Origin: a bacterium
GTDB lineage: Bacteria; BMS3Abin14
Reading direction: 5' to 3'
NCBI GenBank assembly: GCA_029210545.1
Contig: JARGFV010000021.1
Location: 1-30,895 of the forward strand
DNA: 30,895 nt
Numbering within the stretch: position 1 is the stretch's first letter; the number at the start of each line of letters is the position of its first letter. Position numbers and translations under genes: made by a program. Of the stretch, positions 15,467 to 24,908 are shown one piece after another. The notes beneath the pieces are model-generated. The model had not been told where the DNA came from. It worked only from the letters and a program-made list of their open reading frames with translations, and did no database searches.

Positions 15467-17295
15467 TGTGCGGGATCGTCGGATACATCGGCAGCCGGAA
15501 CGCCACCGAGATCCTCCTGGATGGGCTGCGGCGTCTTGAATACCGGGGATACGATTCGGCCGGTATCGCCGTCATCAGTGAAGGCGAACTGGCACTGCGA
15601 CGCAGCGTGGGCAAGATCGCCGCTCTCGAAGATGCCGTGCGCAGGGAACCCCTTTCCGGAAGCGCCGGCGTGGGGCACACACGCTGGGCCACCCACGGAA
15701 AACCCAGCGAGGAGAACGCCCATCCTCATCGGGACTGTTCCAGACGGCTGGTGGTCGTCCACAACGGGATCATCGAAAACTACCGGAAAATCAAGGAAAA
15801 TCTGTCCGGTTCCGGTCACCGGATGGTTTCCGAAACAGATACCGAGGCCATCGCCCACCTCGTTGAAAGCCACTATGACGGGGACCTGGAAACGGCGGTT
15901 ACCAGATCCCTCGGGGAGCTGACGGGGGTCTACGCCCTCGCCGTCCTTCACGCCGACAACCCCGGAACTATCGTGGTGGCGCGCAGCGGACCGCCCCTGG
16001 TCATCGGTCTCGGCAATCAGGAAATGTTCGTAGCCTCGGATATCCCGGCCATCCTCCACCACACCCGCCGTTTTATCTACCTCGATGACGGACAGGTGGG
16101 CGTCGTGACCGCCGACAGCATCCGGCTCACAGGCCCGGACGGGAACGAGGTCACCCCCGAACCGGTCACGGTTCCATGGGATCCGATACAGGCGGAAAAG
16201 GGCGGTTTCAAGCACTTCATGCTCAAGGAGATCCACGAACAGCCCGAAGCACTGGCCGACACCCTCAGGGGCAGGTATTTCGAGGAAAACGGGCAGATCG
16301 CCCTGGATGACATCTCCCTTACCGGCGCGTTTATCGAAAAGATCGACCGGTGCGTCACCGTCGCCTGCGGGACGTCGTGGCACGCCGGACTGGTGGGCCA
16401 GTTTCTCATCGAGGAACTGGCCAAGGTTCCGACCACGGTGGATTACGGATCCGAGTTCCGTTACAGGAACCCCATTGTGGGGGAGCGCACCCTCGCCGTG
16501 GCCATCTCCCAGTCGGGTGAAACGGCCGATACCCTGGCCGCCCTGAGGGAGTGCAGGGACAAGGGGGCGACCATCCTTTCCATCTGCAACGTGGTGGGGA
16601 GCATGATCACGAGGGAGTCCGACGATGTCCTATACACCCACGCCGGACCCGAGATCGGGGTAGCCTCGACGAAAGCGTTCACCACCCAGATCGTCTGCCT
16701 CGCGCTCCTGGCCGTTTACCTGGGCCGCCGCAGAGGGGTCCTGGACCCGGAACGGGCCAGGGAGATTCTGGACGCCCTGATCCTCCTGCCTCAACAGGTC
16801 GAGAAGATCCTCGAGACCGACAGCGCCATTGAAGAGCTCGCCGGCCTTTTCTACCAGCACTCCGACTTCCTCTACCTGGGCAGGGGCATCAATTACCCCA
16901 TCGCCCTCGAAGGCGCGCTGAAACTCAAGGAGATCAGCTACATCCACGCTGAAGGGTACCCGGCCGGAGAGATGAAGCACGGACCCATCGCCCTCATCGA
17001 CGAGACCATGCCGGTCCTGTTCCTCGCCCCGGGTGACAAGGTCTACGAAAAGATCCTGTCCAACATGGAGGAGGTCAAGGCGCGGGGCGGCATCGTCATC
17101 GCCCTCACCGATCACGAGGACCCCCAACTCCTCGAAAAGGCCGACCACCTCATCCGCATCCCCGCAACGGACCCGCTCCTGACACCCGTGCTGGCCACCA
17201 TCCCCCTGCAGCTTCTCGCCTATCATATCGCTGTCCTCAAGGGCACCGACGTGGACCAGCCCAGGAACCTGGCCAAGAGCGTCACCGTGGAGTAG
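15466..17295 (+). CDS. glmS: Glutamine--fructose-6-phosphate aminotransferase (isomerising).
   Basis: The N-terminus MCGIVGYIG carries the Ntn-amidotransferase Cys2. SIS domains are present. The ATG overlaps the glmU stop in the sequence gacTGATGtg. Confidence 0.95.
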   Translation: MCGIVGYIGSRNATEILLDGLRRLEYRGYDSAGIAVISEGELALRRSVGKIAALEDAVRREPLSGSAGVGHTRWATHGKPSEENAHPHRDCSRRLVVVHNGIIENYRKIKENLSGSGHRMVSETDTEAIAHLVESHYDGDLETAVTRSLGELTGVYALAVLHADNPGTIVVARSGPPLVIGLGNQEMFVASDIPAILHHTRRFIYLDDGQVGVVTADSIRLTGPDGNEVTPEPVTVPWDPIQAEKGGFKHFMLKEIHEQPEALADTLRGRYFEENGQIALDDISLTGAFIEKIDRCVTVACGTSWHAGLVGQFLIEELAKVPTTVDYGSEFRYRNPIVGERTLAVAISQSGETADTLAALRECRDKGATILSICNVVGSMITRESDDVLYTHAGPEIGVASTKAFTTQIVCLALLAVYLGRRRGVLDPERAREILDALILLPQQVEKILETDSAIEELAGLFYQHSDFLYLGRGINYPIALEGALKLKEISYIHAEGYPAGEMKHGPIALIDETMPVLFLAPGDKVYEKILSNMEEVKARGGIVIALTDHEDPQLLEKADHLIRIPATDPLLTPVLATIPLQLLAYHIAVLKGTDVDQPRNLAKSVTVE

Positions 17296-17298
17296 CCA

Positions 17299-19080
17299 GT
17301 GTCTCCATCGAGCCGCAACATCACGGAGATCCGGCAGAACCTCAGGCGCCGGTACACCGATTTTCTGTTCACCGAGGGTACGATCATGATCGGCCTCGCG
17401 GTGCTCATCGGCCTTTTAAGCGGCCTGGGCGCCGTGGGCTTCATAGCCCTCATAGGCATTATCCGCGGGGGCGCGTGGACGCTGTGGGGCTCATACAGCG
17501 GGTTCGTGGCCGGGGACATAACGAGCATCTTCATTCCCCTGGTCCCCGCCCTGGGCGGACTCATCCTTGGCCCCATTTCCGCCCTCTTCCCCTCCGAGGC
17601 CAAGGGGCATGGTGTGCCCGAGGTCATGGAGGCGGTCGTCCTCAAGGGCGGTGTCCTGAAGGTCCGAACGATCTTCATCCGGGCCATTGCTTCGGCCGTG
17701 ACCATCGGCACCGGGGGCTCGGCAGGCCGCGAGGGCCCCATCGCGCAGATCGGCAGCGCCATCGGCTCTTTCACCGGACAGGTTTTCAGGATGTCAGCCA
17801 ACAATACGCGGACCCTTCTCGGGTGCGGAGCCGCGGGCGGCATCGCCGCCACCTTCAACGCCCCCATTGCAGGAGCCCTGTTCGCCCTGGAGATCATCCT
17901 CGGCGACTGGCAGGTGGCCACCTTCAGCCCGGTGATCATGTCTTCGGTCATCGCCACCACAACGGCCCGCTACATCCACGGCAACGAGCCGGCCTTTCAC
18001 GTTCCCCAGTACCAGCTTGTAAGCCCCGTGGAGATCGTCTTCTATATCATCCTGGGCCTCCTGGCGGGGCTCTTTGCCCTCCTGTTCATTCACACCCTGG
18101 ACAAGTTCGAGCATTTCTTCGAGGAGCGCATCCCGGTACACCCCTGGCTCAAGCCGGCCGTCGGCGGACTGCTGGTCGGTATGATCGGCCTCATGTTCCC
18201 CCAGCTTTTCGGCAACGGTTACGAAGCCATGAGCGAAGCCCTCATGGGCAACATGGCATTCTCCCTGATGTTCGGGCTCCTCTTCCTGAAGATGGTCACG
18301 ACCTCCCTGACTCTCGGCTCGGGAGGTTCGGGGGGAGTCTTCGCGCCCTCTCTTTACATCGGGGCCATGCTCGGCGGGACCTTCGGCAGTGTCGTCCACA
18401 GCCTGTTTCCCAGCGTCACCGCGACCAAGGGAGCCTACGCCCTTGTCGGGATGGGAGCCACGGTAGCCGCCGCGGCCCACGCGCCCCTGACGAACATCCT
18501 CATCCTGTTCGAGCTCACCGGCGACTACCACATCATCCTGCCCATCATGGTGGCGTGCATCATGAGCACCCTGGTCATCAGGGGGCTGTCTCCCCACTCC
18601 ATCTACTCCATCCGCCTTCATCAGAAAGGGATCACCATCGAAGCCGGCAAGGAGGTCAACGTCCTTCAGAGTCTCAAGGTACGTGACGCCATGACCTCCG
18701 AGGTGGAGGTGATACCCGAGAACATGCGGTTCCAGGAGATCCTGAACCACATCACCATGAGCAAGTTCTCCAACTTCCCCGTGGTCGACAGCAAGGGGCA
18801 GCTTACCGGGATCCTTTCGTTCCAGGATATCCGACAGCACGTCTTCGACCCGGACCTGGAACACCTCGTGGTGGCAAGTGACCTTGCGACCCATGCAGTG
18901 ACCACCGTCAACCCCTCGGACAACCTCAAGGACGCCCTGGCCAAGCTTGCCTACCGCAGCATCGAACAGCTACCGGTGGTGGACGCCAGGGACCCGAAGA
19001 AGCTGGTGGGCATTCTCACCCGCCGGGACATCATCACGGCATACAACAAGGCGATCTTCCATTATGAAACAGCAGGGTAG
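17299..19080 (+). CDS. ClC-family chloride channel / H+-Cl- antiporter with a C-terminal CBS-domain pair.
   Basis: The selectivity motifs GSGGREGP and GIAATFNAPIAGALFALE are present. Two CBS domains sit at the C-terminus. The GTG start lies 3 nt after the glmS stop with a GGAG SD; an alternative ATG is at 17386. Confidence 0.85.
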   Translation: MSPSSRNITEIRQNLRRRYTDFLFTEGTIMIGLAVLIGLLSGLGAVGFIALIGIIRGGAWTLWGSYSGFVAGDITSIFIPLVPALGGLILGPISALFPSEAKGHGVPEVMEAVVLKGGVLKVRTIFIRAIASAVTIGTGGSAGREGPIAQIGSAIGSFTGQVFRMSANNTRTLLGCGAAGGIAATFNAPIAGALFALEIILGDWQVATFSPVIMSSVIATTTARYIHGNEPAFHVPQYQLVSPVEIVFYIILGLLAGLFALLFIHTLDKFEHFFEERIPVHPWLKPAVGGLLVGMIGLMFPQLFGNGYEAMSEALMGNMAFSLMFGLLFLKMVTTSLTLGSGGSGGVFAPSLYIGAMLGGTFGSVVHSLFPSVTATKGAYALVGMGATVAAAAHAPLTNILILFELTGDYHIILPIMVACIMSTLVIRGLSPHSIYSIRLHQKGITIEAGKEVNVLQSLKVRDAMTSEVEVIPENMRFQEILNHITMSKFSNFPVVDSKGQLTGILSFQDIRQHVFDPDLEHLVVASDLATHAVTTVNPSDNLKDALAKLAYRSIEQLPVVDARDPKKLVGILTRRDIITAYNKAIFHYETAG

Positions 19081-21328
19081 GACCCTTTTTCCCCTCGACG
19101 ACCTCAACCCCAATCAGCGCATGGCGGTCACCCGGACGGACGGGCCCCTCCTCGTGCTGGCCGGAGCCGGGAGCGGCAAGACCCGTGTCATCACCTACCG
19201 GATCGCCTACCTCCTCCAGGAGCGGAAGATCCCTCCCTACGCCATCCTCGCCGTGACCTTCACCAACAAGGCCGCGGGGGAGATGCGTGAGAGGGTGATC
19301 AGTCTCGCCGGCAAGGAAGGCCGTTCCGTCTGGATCTCCACCTTCCACTCGGCCTGCGTCCGGATCCTTCGTCAGCACGTCGAGAACCTCGGGGTCAGCA
19401 GGCACTTCTCCATCTTCGACGACAACGACTCGAGCCGCCTCATCAAGGAGGTCCTGGCCGGGATGAACATCGACGCCCGCGTCCTGCCTCCCCGCCGGGT
19501 TTCCTACCTCATCAGCAGGGCCAAAAACGCCCTTCTGGGGCCCGACGAAATGATCGAGCACGGTGAGTTGAGGCGGGATCACCTCATGGAAAAGGTGGTG
19601 CAGGCATACAGGATGTACGAGGAGGGTCTCCGGAGATCCCAGGCCCTGGATTTCGATGACCTGCTGCTTTTCACCTGGCGGCTTTTCGAGGAGCGCCCCG
19701 AGGTCCTGCGGTCCTACGAGAACCTCATCCACTACCTCCTGGTGGACGAGTACCAGGATACCAACCACGCCCAGTACCAGATCATTCGCCAACTTTCGGC
19801 GAAGCACCGGAACCTGTGCGTGGTAGGGGACGACGATCAGAGCATCTACCGGTGGCGGGGAGCCGACATCACCAACATCCTGGATTTCGAGAAGGACTTC
19901 CCCGAAGCGGAGGTGGTCACCCTCGGCGAGAACTATCGATCCACCGGCCACATCCTGGGCGCCGCCTCCTGTCTCATCGCCAGGAACACCGGGCGCAAGG
20001 AGAAGGAACTCCTGGCCATCCGGCCCGACGGACAGCAGGTCACGGCCTACGCGGCCATGGACGAACGGGAGGAGGGGGATTTCATCGCCGCGTCCATCCA
20101 CAACCTGATCCGGAAGGAGAGTTTTTCCCACGGCGACTTCGCGGTATTCTACAGGATCAACGCCCAGTCCCGCGCCATCGAGGATGCTTTCAGGAGGATG
20201 AACATCCCCTACGTCATCGTGGGCGGCGTGAGGTTCTACGACCGCAAGGAGATCAGGGACGTCATTTCCTACCTCCGCCTCGTCCTCAACCCCGCGGACT
20301 GGGGAAGTTTCGAGCGGGTCATCAATTCGCCGGCAAGGGGGATCGGCAAGGTCTCCGTAGAGAAGGTGAGAAAGGCCGGGACGGAAGGCCGGATCCCGGA
20401 AGAGGCCGTATCCTTTGCCCTGGACGGGGGGACGATCAAGGGTAAAACCGCCGGAACCATGGGCGGCTTCCTCGAGACCATGGCCGTCCTGCGGGGTAAA
20501 CTTGCCGACGGACTGCCCCTGGACGAGTTCGTGGTGGCCGTACTCGATGAGACAGGCTACTTAAGAGCCCTGCAGACCGAGGGGACCGATGAGGCCAGGG
20601 CCCGGGTGGAGAACCTCCAGGAGTTTCTCACCGTGGTGGACGACTTCCTGTCGGGAGCGCCCACAGGGGAGATGGACGCGGTCCGGACGCTGGCTGCGTT
20701 CCTCGACCAGATCTCCCTCGTGTCCGATATCGACAAATGGCAGGAAGCCGGCTCAACGGTCACCCTGATGACCCTCCACACCGCCAAGGGGCTCGAGTTC
20801 CCCGTTGTCTTCGTGGCCGGCATGGAAGAAGACCTGCTCCCCCACTACCGGGCCCAGGGAGAGCCGGCCGAGATGGAGGAGGAAAGGCGCCTGTGCTACG
20901 TGGGCATGACCCGGGCAAAGGAGCGGCTCTTTCTGACCATGGCCCGCAGGAGGCGGCTGTTCGGGCAGTACGACAACACTTCACCGTCAAGATTCTTCAG
21001 CGAGCTTTCCGGGGAAAACGTGCAGCTTTCCGAGGACACCGCCTACCCCATTCCAGGCATCACCGATCCGCTCTCGGCCATATCGACCCCATCGGTACCG
21101 GTCTCCACCGGAGGAAAGATGGCCATCGGAGATTTTACCTTCGTCCCGGAACCGGTGGAGGGAACAGACAGCCTGCGCCCCGGCATGGATGTCCGTCACC
21201 CCATGTTCGGGATGGGCCAGGTGATGATCGTGGAAGGGTCCGGACCCGACGCCCGGATCACCGTCTACTTCCCGAGGGGCGGGAAGAAAAAGCTTATCGC
21301 GAAGTACGCGAATCTGGAAATTATTTAG
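19064..21328 (+). CDS. UvrD/PcrA/Rep-family ATP-dependent DNA helicase.
   Basis: The Walker A motif LLVLAGAGSGKTRVITYRIAYLL is present. A DEYQDTN motif I/II region is present. The N-terminus LDDLNPNQRMAV aligns with the UvrD start. The ATG overlaps the ClC 3' end by 17 nt. Confidence 0.9.
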   Translation: MKQQGRTLFPLDDLNPNQRMAVTRTDGPLLVLAGAGSGKTRVITYRIAYLLQERKIPPYAILAVTFTNKAAGEMRERVISLAGKEGRSVWISTFHSACVRILRQHVENLGVSRHFSIFDDNDSSRLIKEVLAGMNIDARVLPPRRVSYLISRAKNALLGPDEMIEHGELRRDHLMEKVVQAYRMYEEGLRRSQALDFDDLLLFTWRLFEERPEVLRSYENLIHYLLVDEYQDTNHAQYQIIRQLSAKHRNLCVVGDDDQSIYRWRGADITNILDFEKDFPEAEVVTLGENYRSTGHILGAASCLIARNTGRKEKELLAIRPDGQQVTAYAAMDEREEGDFIAASIHNLIRKESFSHGDFAVFYRINAQSRAIEDAFRRMNIPYVIVGGVRFYDRKEIRDVISYLRLVLNPADWGSFERVINSPARGIGKVSVEKVRKAGTEGRIPEEAVSFALDGGTIKGKTAGTMGGFLETMAVLRGKLADGLPLDEFVVAVLDETGYLRALQTEGTDEARARVENLQEFLTVVDDFLSGAPTGEMDAVRTLAAFLDQISLVSDIDKWQEAGSTVTLMTLHTAKGLEFPVVFVAGMEEDLLPHYRAQGEPAEMEEERRLCYVGMTRAKERLFLTMARRRRLFGQYDNTSPSRFFSELSGENVQLSEDTAYPIPGITDPLSAISTPSVPVSTGGKMAIGDFTFVPEPVEGTDSLRPGMDVRHPMFGMGQVMIVEGSGPDARITVYFPRGGKKKLIAKYANLEII

Positions 21329-21511
21329 GCCGGATCTCAGATCTCAAAAAGAGCTACCAGATAATTTTCAATCAAACGAGAAATGCCTGGAATTTGAGAT
21401 GTGGGATAGGAGATCAGATCCTCCCGCCCTTGGACCTTGACATCCCGTTTCACCTTCTTTATACATCGGGAGGTTTCCACCTCAACGCGGCAGACGTCAA
21501 GGAGTGTCCGT

Positions 21512-22117
21512 TTGAAAGCAGTCCGCATCCTGTGCCTTCTCATCCTCGTCTCCTTTCTTCTCACCTTGTCTATCGGCGTTCAGGCCCAGGAAGAGGAGCG
21601 CCCGGACTTTTCCCTCCTGGAGTTCAAGAGCGGGGAGCAGAAAAATTTCAATGACATCCTCATGGCCAAGGTCAACATCCTGGTGGTCACCTCCACTACC
21701 TGCGGCTCGTGCATCAGTGAACTCAAGGCGCTGGACTGGATCCGCGCCAAGTACAAGGGGGACATGGCGGTTGTCGCCGCCTTCATCGACCGGAGCGGGG
21801 AATCGAGGGTGTACCGGTATCTCGAGTATTACGATTTCGACCTTGACATGTTCCTCGTCGATCCTGGCGGAGCAGTCCCTGACAGTTTTAAGACAACCAC
21901 TGTTCCCACCATGATCATGTTCGACAGGAAGGGCAATGAGCGGTACCGCAAGGTGGGTTACAACGACGGCGACGAGAGCAACATCATCACCCGGATCGAG
22001 GAGATCATGTACAGCAGGAAGCCCGCCCTGACCGCAACCGCCGCGGAAGGTGACGCGTCAGCTCCTGCCGCCGGGGCGCCGGCGGCGAAGACGACGGGGT
22101 GCGCGAGTACAGGCTGA
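21512..22117 (+). CDS. Secreted thioredoxin-fold redoxin (TlpA/ResA-like thiol-disulfide oxidoreductase).
   Basis: The signal peptide is KAVRILCLLILVSFLLTLSIGVQA. A CxxC motif (TCGSC) is present. The TTG start at 21512 has an AAGGAG SD 7 nt upstream. The track ORF begins at 21437, which has no signal peptide. Confidence 0.65.
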   Translation: MKAVRILCLLILVSFLLTLSIGVQAQEEERPDFSLLEFKSGEQKNFNDILMAKVNILVVTSTTCGSCISELKALDWIRAKYKGDMAVVAAFIDRSGESRVYRYLEYYDFDLDMFLVDPGGAVPDSFKTTTVPTMIMFDRKGNERYRKVGYNDGDESNIITRIEEIMYSRKPALTATAAEGDASAPAAGAPAAKTTGCASTG

Positions 22118-22124
22118 TTATAAG

Positions 22125-22162
22125 AAAGTGAAAGGTGGAAAGTGAAAGGTGGAAGGTGGAAG
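22125..22162. repeat. Tandem 14-mer AAAGTGAAAGGTGG x2 plus a partial copy, between the redoxin stop and its terminator.
   Basis: Read directly. Confidence 0.8.
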
Positions 22163-22172
22163 TTAATTTCAT

Positions 22173-22194
22173 GCCGGCTGAGCGCCGGCTTTTT
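22173..22194 (+). terminator. Rho-independent terminator: GCCGGC-tgagc-GCCGGC followed by TTTTT.
   Basis: It is a canonical GC stem plus T-run on the plus strand. It closes the glmU-glmS-clc-uvrD-redoxin run. Confidence 0.7.
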
Positions 22195-22251
22195 AATGCA
22201 ACTTTGACCTTGCTCTTCTTCCTGATTCCTCCTTCCCTATTCCTCCTTCCG

Positions 22252-23649
22252 CTATAACCCGGAAGGAGGGTTCCACACCTCCACCATCCGGTCGGTCGTG
22301 TCGCCTCCCGCGACGAGGACACGGCCGTCAGGGAGAAGGGTGGCCGTATGACCCGCCCTCGGGACCCTCATGCGCCACGGCAGGAGGGTCGACTCCCCGG
22401 TGGTGAGATCGATGATCTCGGCGGAGGTGGAAGTGTCGGTGCTTGGACCGCCTCCGATGACGAGAAGCTTATCGGTATCGATCAGTGTTGATGTGTGGAA
22501 AGCTCTTGGAACATTTAACTTACTATCAGCTGTGAAAGTCAAAGAGCCAACATTAATGATTTCACAACTCTTTAAATAACCAACCTGTCCGAAACCGCCT
22601 ACTACCACTGCTTCTTGGCCACTAATTTGTGAAATGGAATGACCTACTTTCCCCATTGGCAAATTAGTTGTCCCTACTGCTTTCATTGTATTCAAGTCAA
22701 GAAGGACTATTTCGCTCAAATAATTTAAGGTTTCTTGTCCTCCAACACATAACAACTTGTCATTAATAACTTCGCACGAGGGACTGATTCTTTCCGAATC
22801 AATTCTCAGGAAAGGTAAAATATATTCACTAATGGACTTATCTGAATAATCCAAAGCACTACTATCAATCCGCCAAGCATCTCTTATAACACTATTGAAA
22901 CCACCTATTAAAATAGCCTCAGCAACATACTTAACCACTGAAAAATCAACTCTATAGCTGTCTAAAAGGCGAGGATACACTTCAAAACCCTTCAAATCCA
23001 CGACCTCGTACAGGTTGTCCTCGACAGTGTCGGAGCCCTTGAAAACGAAAAGACGGTTGCCGGCCGTGTCGTGAACAACCTCCTGGCCCGACCTCGGGTA
23101 GACGAGGCTGGCGGCCCATGCGCTCGAAGCGAACCGTTCGCCGTCGGCCGTGAGAACCTCGATGACACGCGTATTACGGGTACCGCCAAGGACGTACAGG
23201 TCACTGTCGACGAGCACCGCTGAATGGTTACAGCGTGGGTGCAGAAGGGTCCCCGCCGGGGAAAAGCCTCCTGACTGCACGAGGGGGACGGTCACCTCGC
23301 CATCGGTCCCGTCCGGCACATGCACCTGCCCCTCCAAGATCACCTGTCCGCCGGTGATCGCCTGGACATTCAGGAAACCGGATCGTCCCAGGTCGAAGTC
23401 CGCGGTGTGGGAATCCCAGGGAAATTCAAACGTCCTCGACGAAGACCCGCCGTCAAACACGAACCTGACCGTACCGATATAGGGAGTCAAGGAGCCCGCG
23501 GGGAGGGCGTCCATGTCGAGGACCGATTCCCAGTCGGCAGGGAGCTGGAGGCTCACCTTAAGATGCCCTTCCGGGTCCTCACCAGCGCAGGCGCCCAGCG
23601 CCATGACACCGGCGAGGATCAACGGCACCCCGAGGCGCAGCCGCTTCAC
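22252..23649 (-). CDS. Kelch-repeat beta-propeller lipoprotein.
   Basis: Kelch blades appear at PRCNHSAVLVDSDLYVLGG, PRAGHTATLLPDGRVLVAGG, LLCVGGQ and AVVVGGFG. The GTG start at 23649 (GGAGG SD) gives MKRLRLGVPLILAGVMALGAC, a lipobox. GTGA overlaps the stop of the upstream gene. The segment 22470-22995 is strongly AT-rich. Confidence 0.8.
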   Translation of the reverse strand: MKRLRLGVPLILAGVMALGACAGEDPEGHLKVSLQLPADWESVLDMDALPAGSLTPYIGTVRFVFDGGSSSRTFEFPWDSHTADFDLGRSGFLNVQAITGGQVILEGQVHVPDGTDGEVTVPLVQSGGFSPAGTLLHPRCNHSAVLVDSDLYVLGGTRNTRVIEVLTADGERFASSAWAASLVYPRSGQEVVHDTAGNRLFVFKGSDTVEDNLYEVVDLKGFEVYPRLLDSYRVDFSVVKYVAEAILIGGFNSVIRDAWRIDSSALDYSDKSISEYILPFLRIDSERISPSCEVINDKLLCVGGQETLNYLSEIVLLDLNTMKAVGTTNLPMGKVGHSISQISGQEAVVVGGFGQVGYLKSCEIINVGSLTFTADSKLNVPRAFHTSTLIDTDKLLVIGGGPSTDTSTSAEIIDLTTGESTLLPWRMRVPRAGHTATLLPDGRVLVAGGDTTDRMVEVWNPPSGL

Positions 23650-24908
23650 CAGGTCACCTCCACCCGGGTTCCGCCGCCCCCCGACGCGCTCGACATGCTT
23701 CCGATGACCAGGGCGGCCCCCAGGATGACCGCGTATCTGCGCCATCCGGACATGATCCCGCTCTCTTCCGGCCGGCCTTCAGGTACCGGTTCGGCCTCGG
23801 GCAGGTTCACGTTGACCTGACCCGCCTGGGTTGACCATGTTTGCCTGAGGGGCTCCACCATGGCTTCCATCCTCGCCATCCCCTCTTCCACACTGTCACC
23901 CGCCTCCCAGATGGTGCCGCGGCCGACGGTGAGTCCCTCACGATCAAGGAGCCAGGCCTGGAGAGTGCTTTCATCTCCTTCCGGGATGAGGATGTAATCA
24001 ACTTCCAGCCTGCTCACAAGCCGGGCAAGGTACCCCTTGTCGCCGGCCCGAAGCCGGCCCATGAAAAATGGCGCGTACTCACCTTCGGGCCCGCCCGGCG
24101 CCAGATCCTGCCTGATATTCGTGGGCGTGAGCCGGTCCATTTCCACCACCCCGTACCAGGGTTCGTAGCCGGGCGCTGCCAACTCGATATAATGACCCCC
24201 GGGAGGGAGCTCGAGGGTGCTGTTTAACGCTCCCCTCTTTTTTCCGTCGACGATGACGGCCATGTCGGCAGGTGAGCCCGTCACCTTCAGGAACGCTTTG
24301 GCTCCTCCGGATACCTCCCTTCGAACCCGCAGGTATTGCTCAACCGTCCCGGGAGAGTATCTCTCTTCCGGCAGTTCCCGCTCCATGTCCAGGGCGGCCG
24401 CCCTGGCAAAGGGCACTCCATGCCCCTTACCTTCCCTGGCCCTGAGAACCATCCCCTCGAGGATGTACATCTCGAAAGCCAGGTCGGCCCGTAAAGACGT
24501 ATCGCCCGGGATCGACACCAGTTCTCTCATCCGCTTCAAGGATCTGAGGGCCCGGTCGTATTCAAAACCGTAATAGGCGTCCCACGCTTCGGACAGGACC
24601 GGTCCCGAGCTCTCCATGGCGCTGCGGTAGGCAGTGAGGTGGGAAGCCGCGATAGCCTCGCCGGACTGCCGCCACTGTTCCAGCATCCCGGCGACCTGCT
24701 CCTTGTCCTTTATGAGGAGCAGCGGATCCATGTAAAGCTGCCGCTGAACCTGATCCCACGCAACCCTCATCTCCGGGACCTGGAGAGTCGGTTCGAGCAC
24801 TGCGAGGCTGCCGGGAGGCAGGGAGACTGCCCCGGCAACGCTGACCCTCAGCATGACCAGCGCCATCGCCCAGGCCATGCCCCTAATGGAGAGTGCGCTT
24901 GTTTTCAT
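23646..24908 (-). CDS. PEGA-domain protein with an N-terminal signal peptide and a C-terminal TM anchor.
   Basis: The PEGA-like block is VIVDGKKRGALNSTLELPPGGHYIELAAPGYEPWYGVVE. The signal peptide is MKTSALSIRGMAWAMALVMLRVSVAG. The C-terminal TM is WRRYAVILGAALVIGSM. An alternative start at M11 is 4 nt after the upstream stop. Confidence 0.65.
   Translation of the reverse strand: MKTSALSIRGMAWAMALVMLRVSVAGAVSLPPGSLAVLEPTLQVPEMRVAWDQVQRQLYMDPLLLIKDKEQVAGMLEQWRQSGEAIAASHLTAYRSAMESSGPVLSEAWDAYYGFEYDRALRSLKRMRELVSIPGDTSLRADLAFEMYILEGMVLRAREGKGHGVPFARAAALDMERELPEERYSPGTVEQYLRVRREVSGGAKAFLKVTGSPADMAVIVDGKKRGALNSTLELPPGGHYIELAAPGYEPWYGVVEMDRLTPTNIRQDLAPGGPEGEYAPFFMGRLRAGDKGYLARLVSRLEVDYILIPEGDESTLQAWLLDREGLTVGRGTIWEAGDSVEEGMARMEAMVEPLRQTWSTQAGQVNVNLPEAEPVPEGRPEESGIMSGWRRYAVILGAALVIGSMSSASGGGGTRVEVTW

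Noticed and set aside
15388-16383. 331-aa minus-strand ORF.
   Set aside because: It is antisense to glmS.
17475-18894. 403-aa plus-strand and 366-aa minus-strand ORFs.
   Set aside because: They are alternative and antisense frames inside the ClC gene. Both are Arg/His/Gly-rich artefacts of high GC.
19034-21654. 365-aa minus-strand, 209-aa plus-strand and 305-aa plus-strand ORFs.
   Set aside because: They are antisense or alternative frames of uvrD/pcrA.
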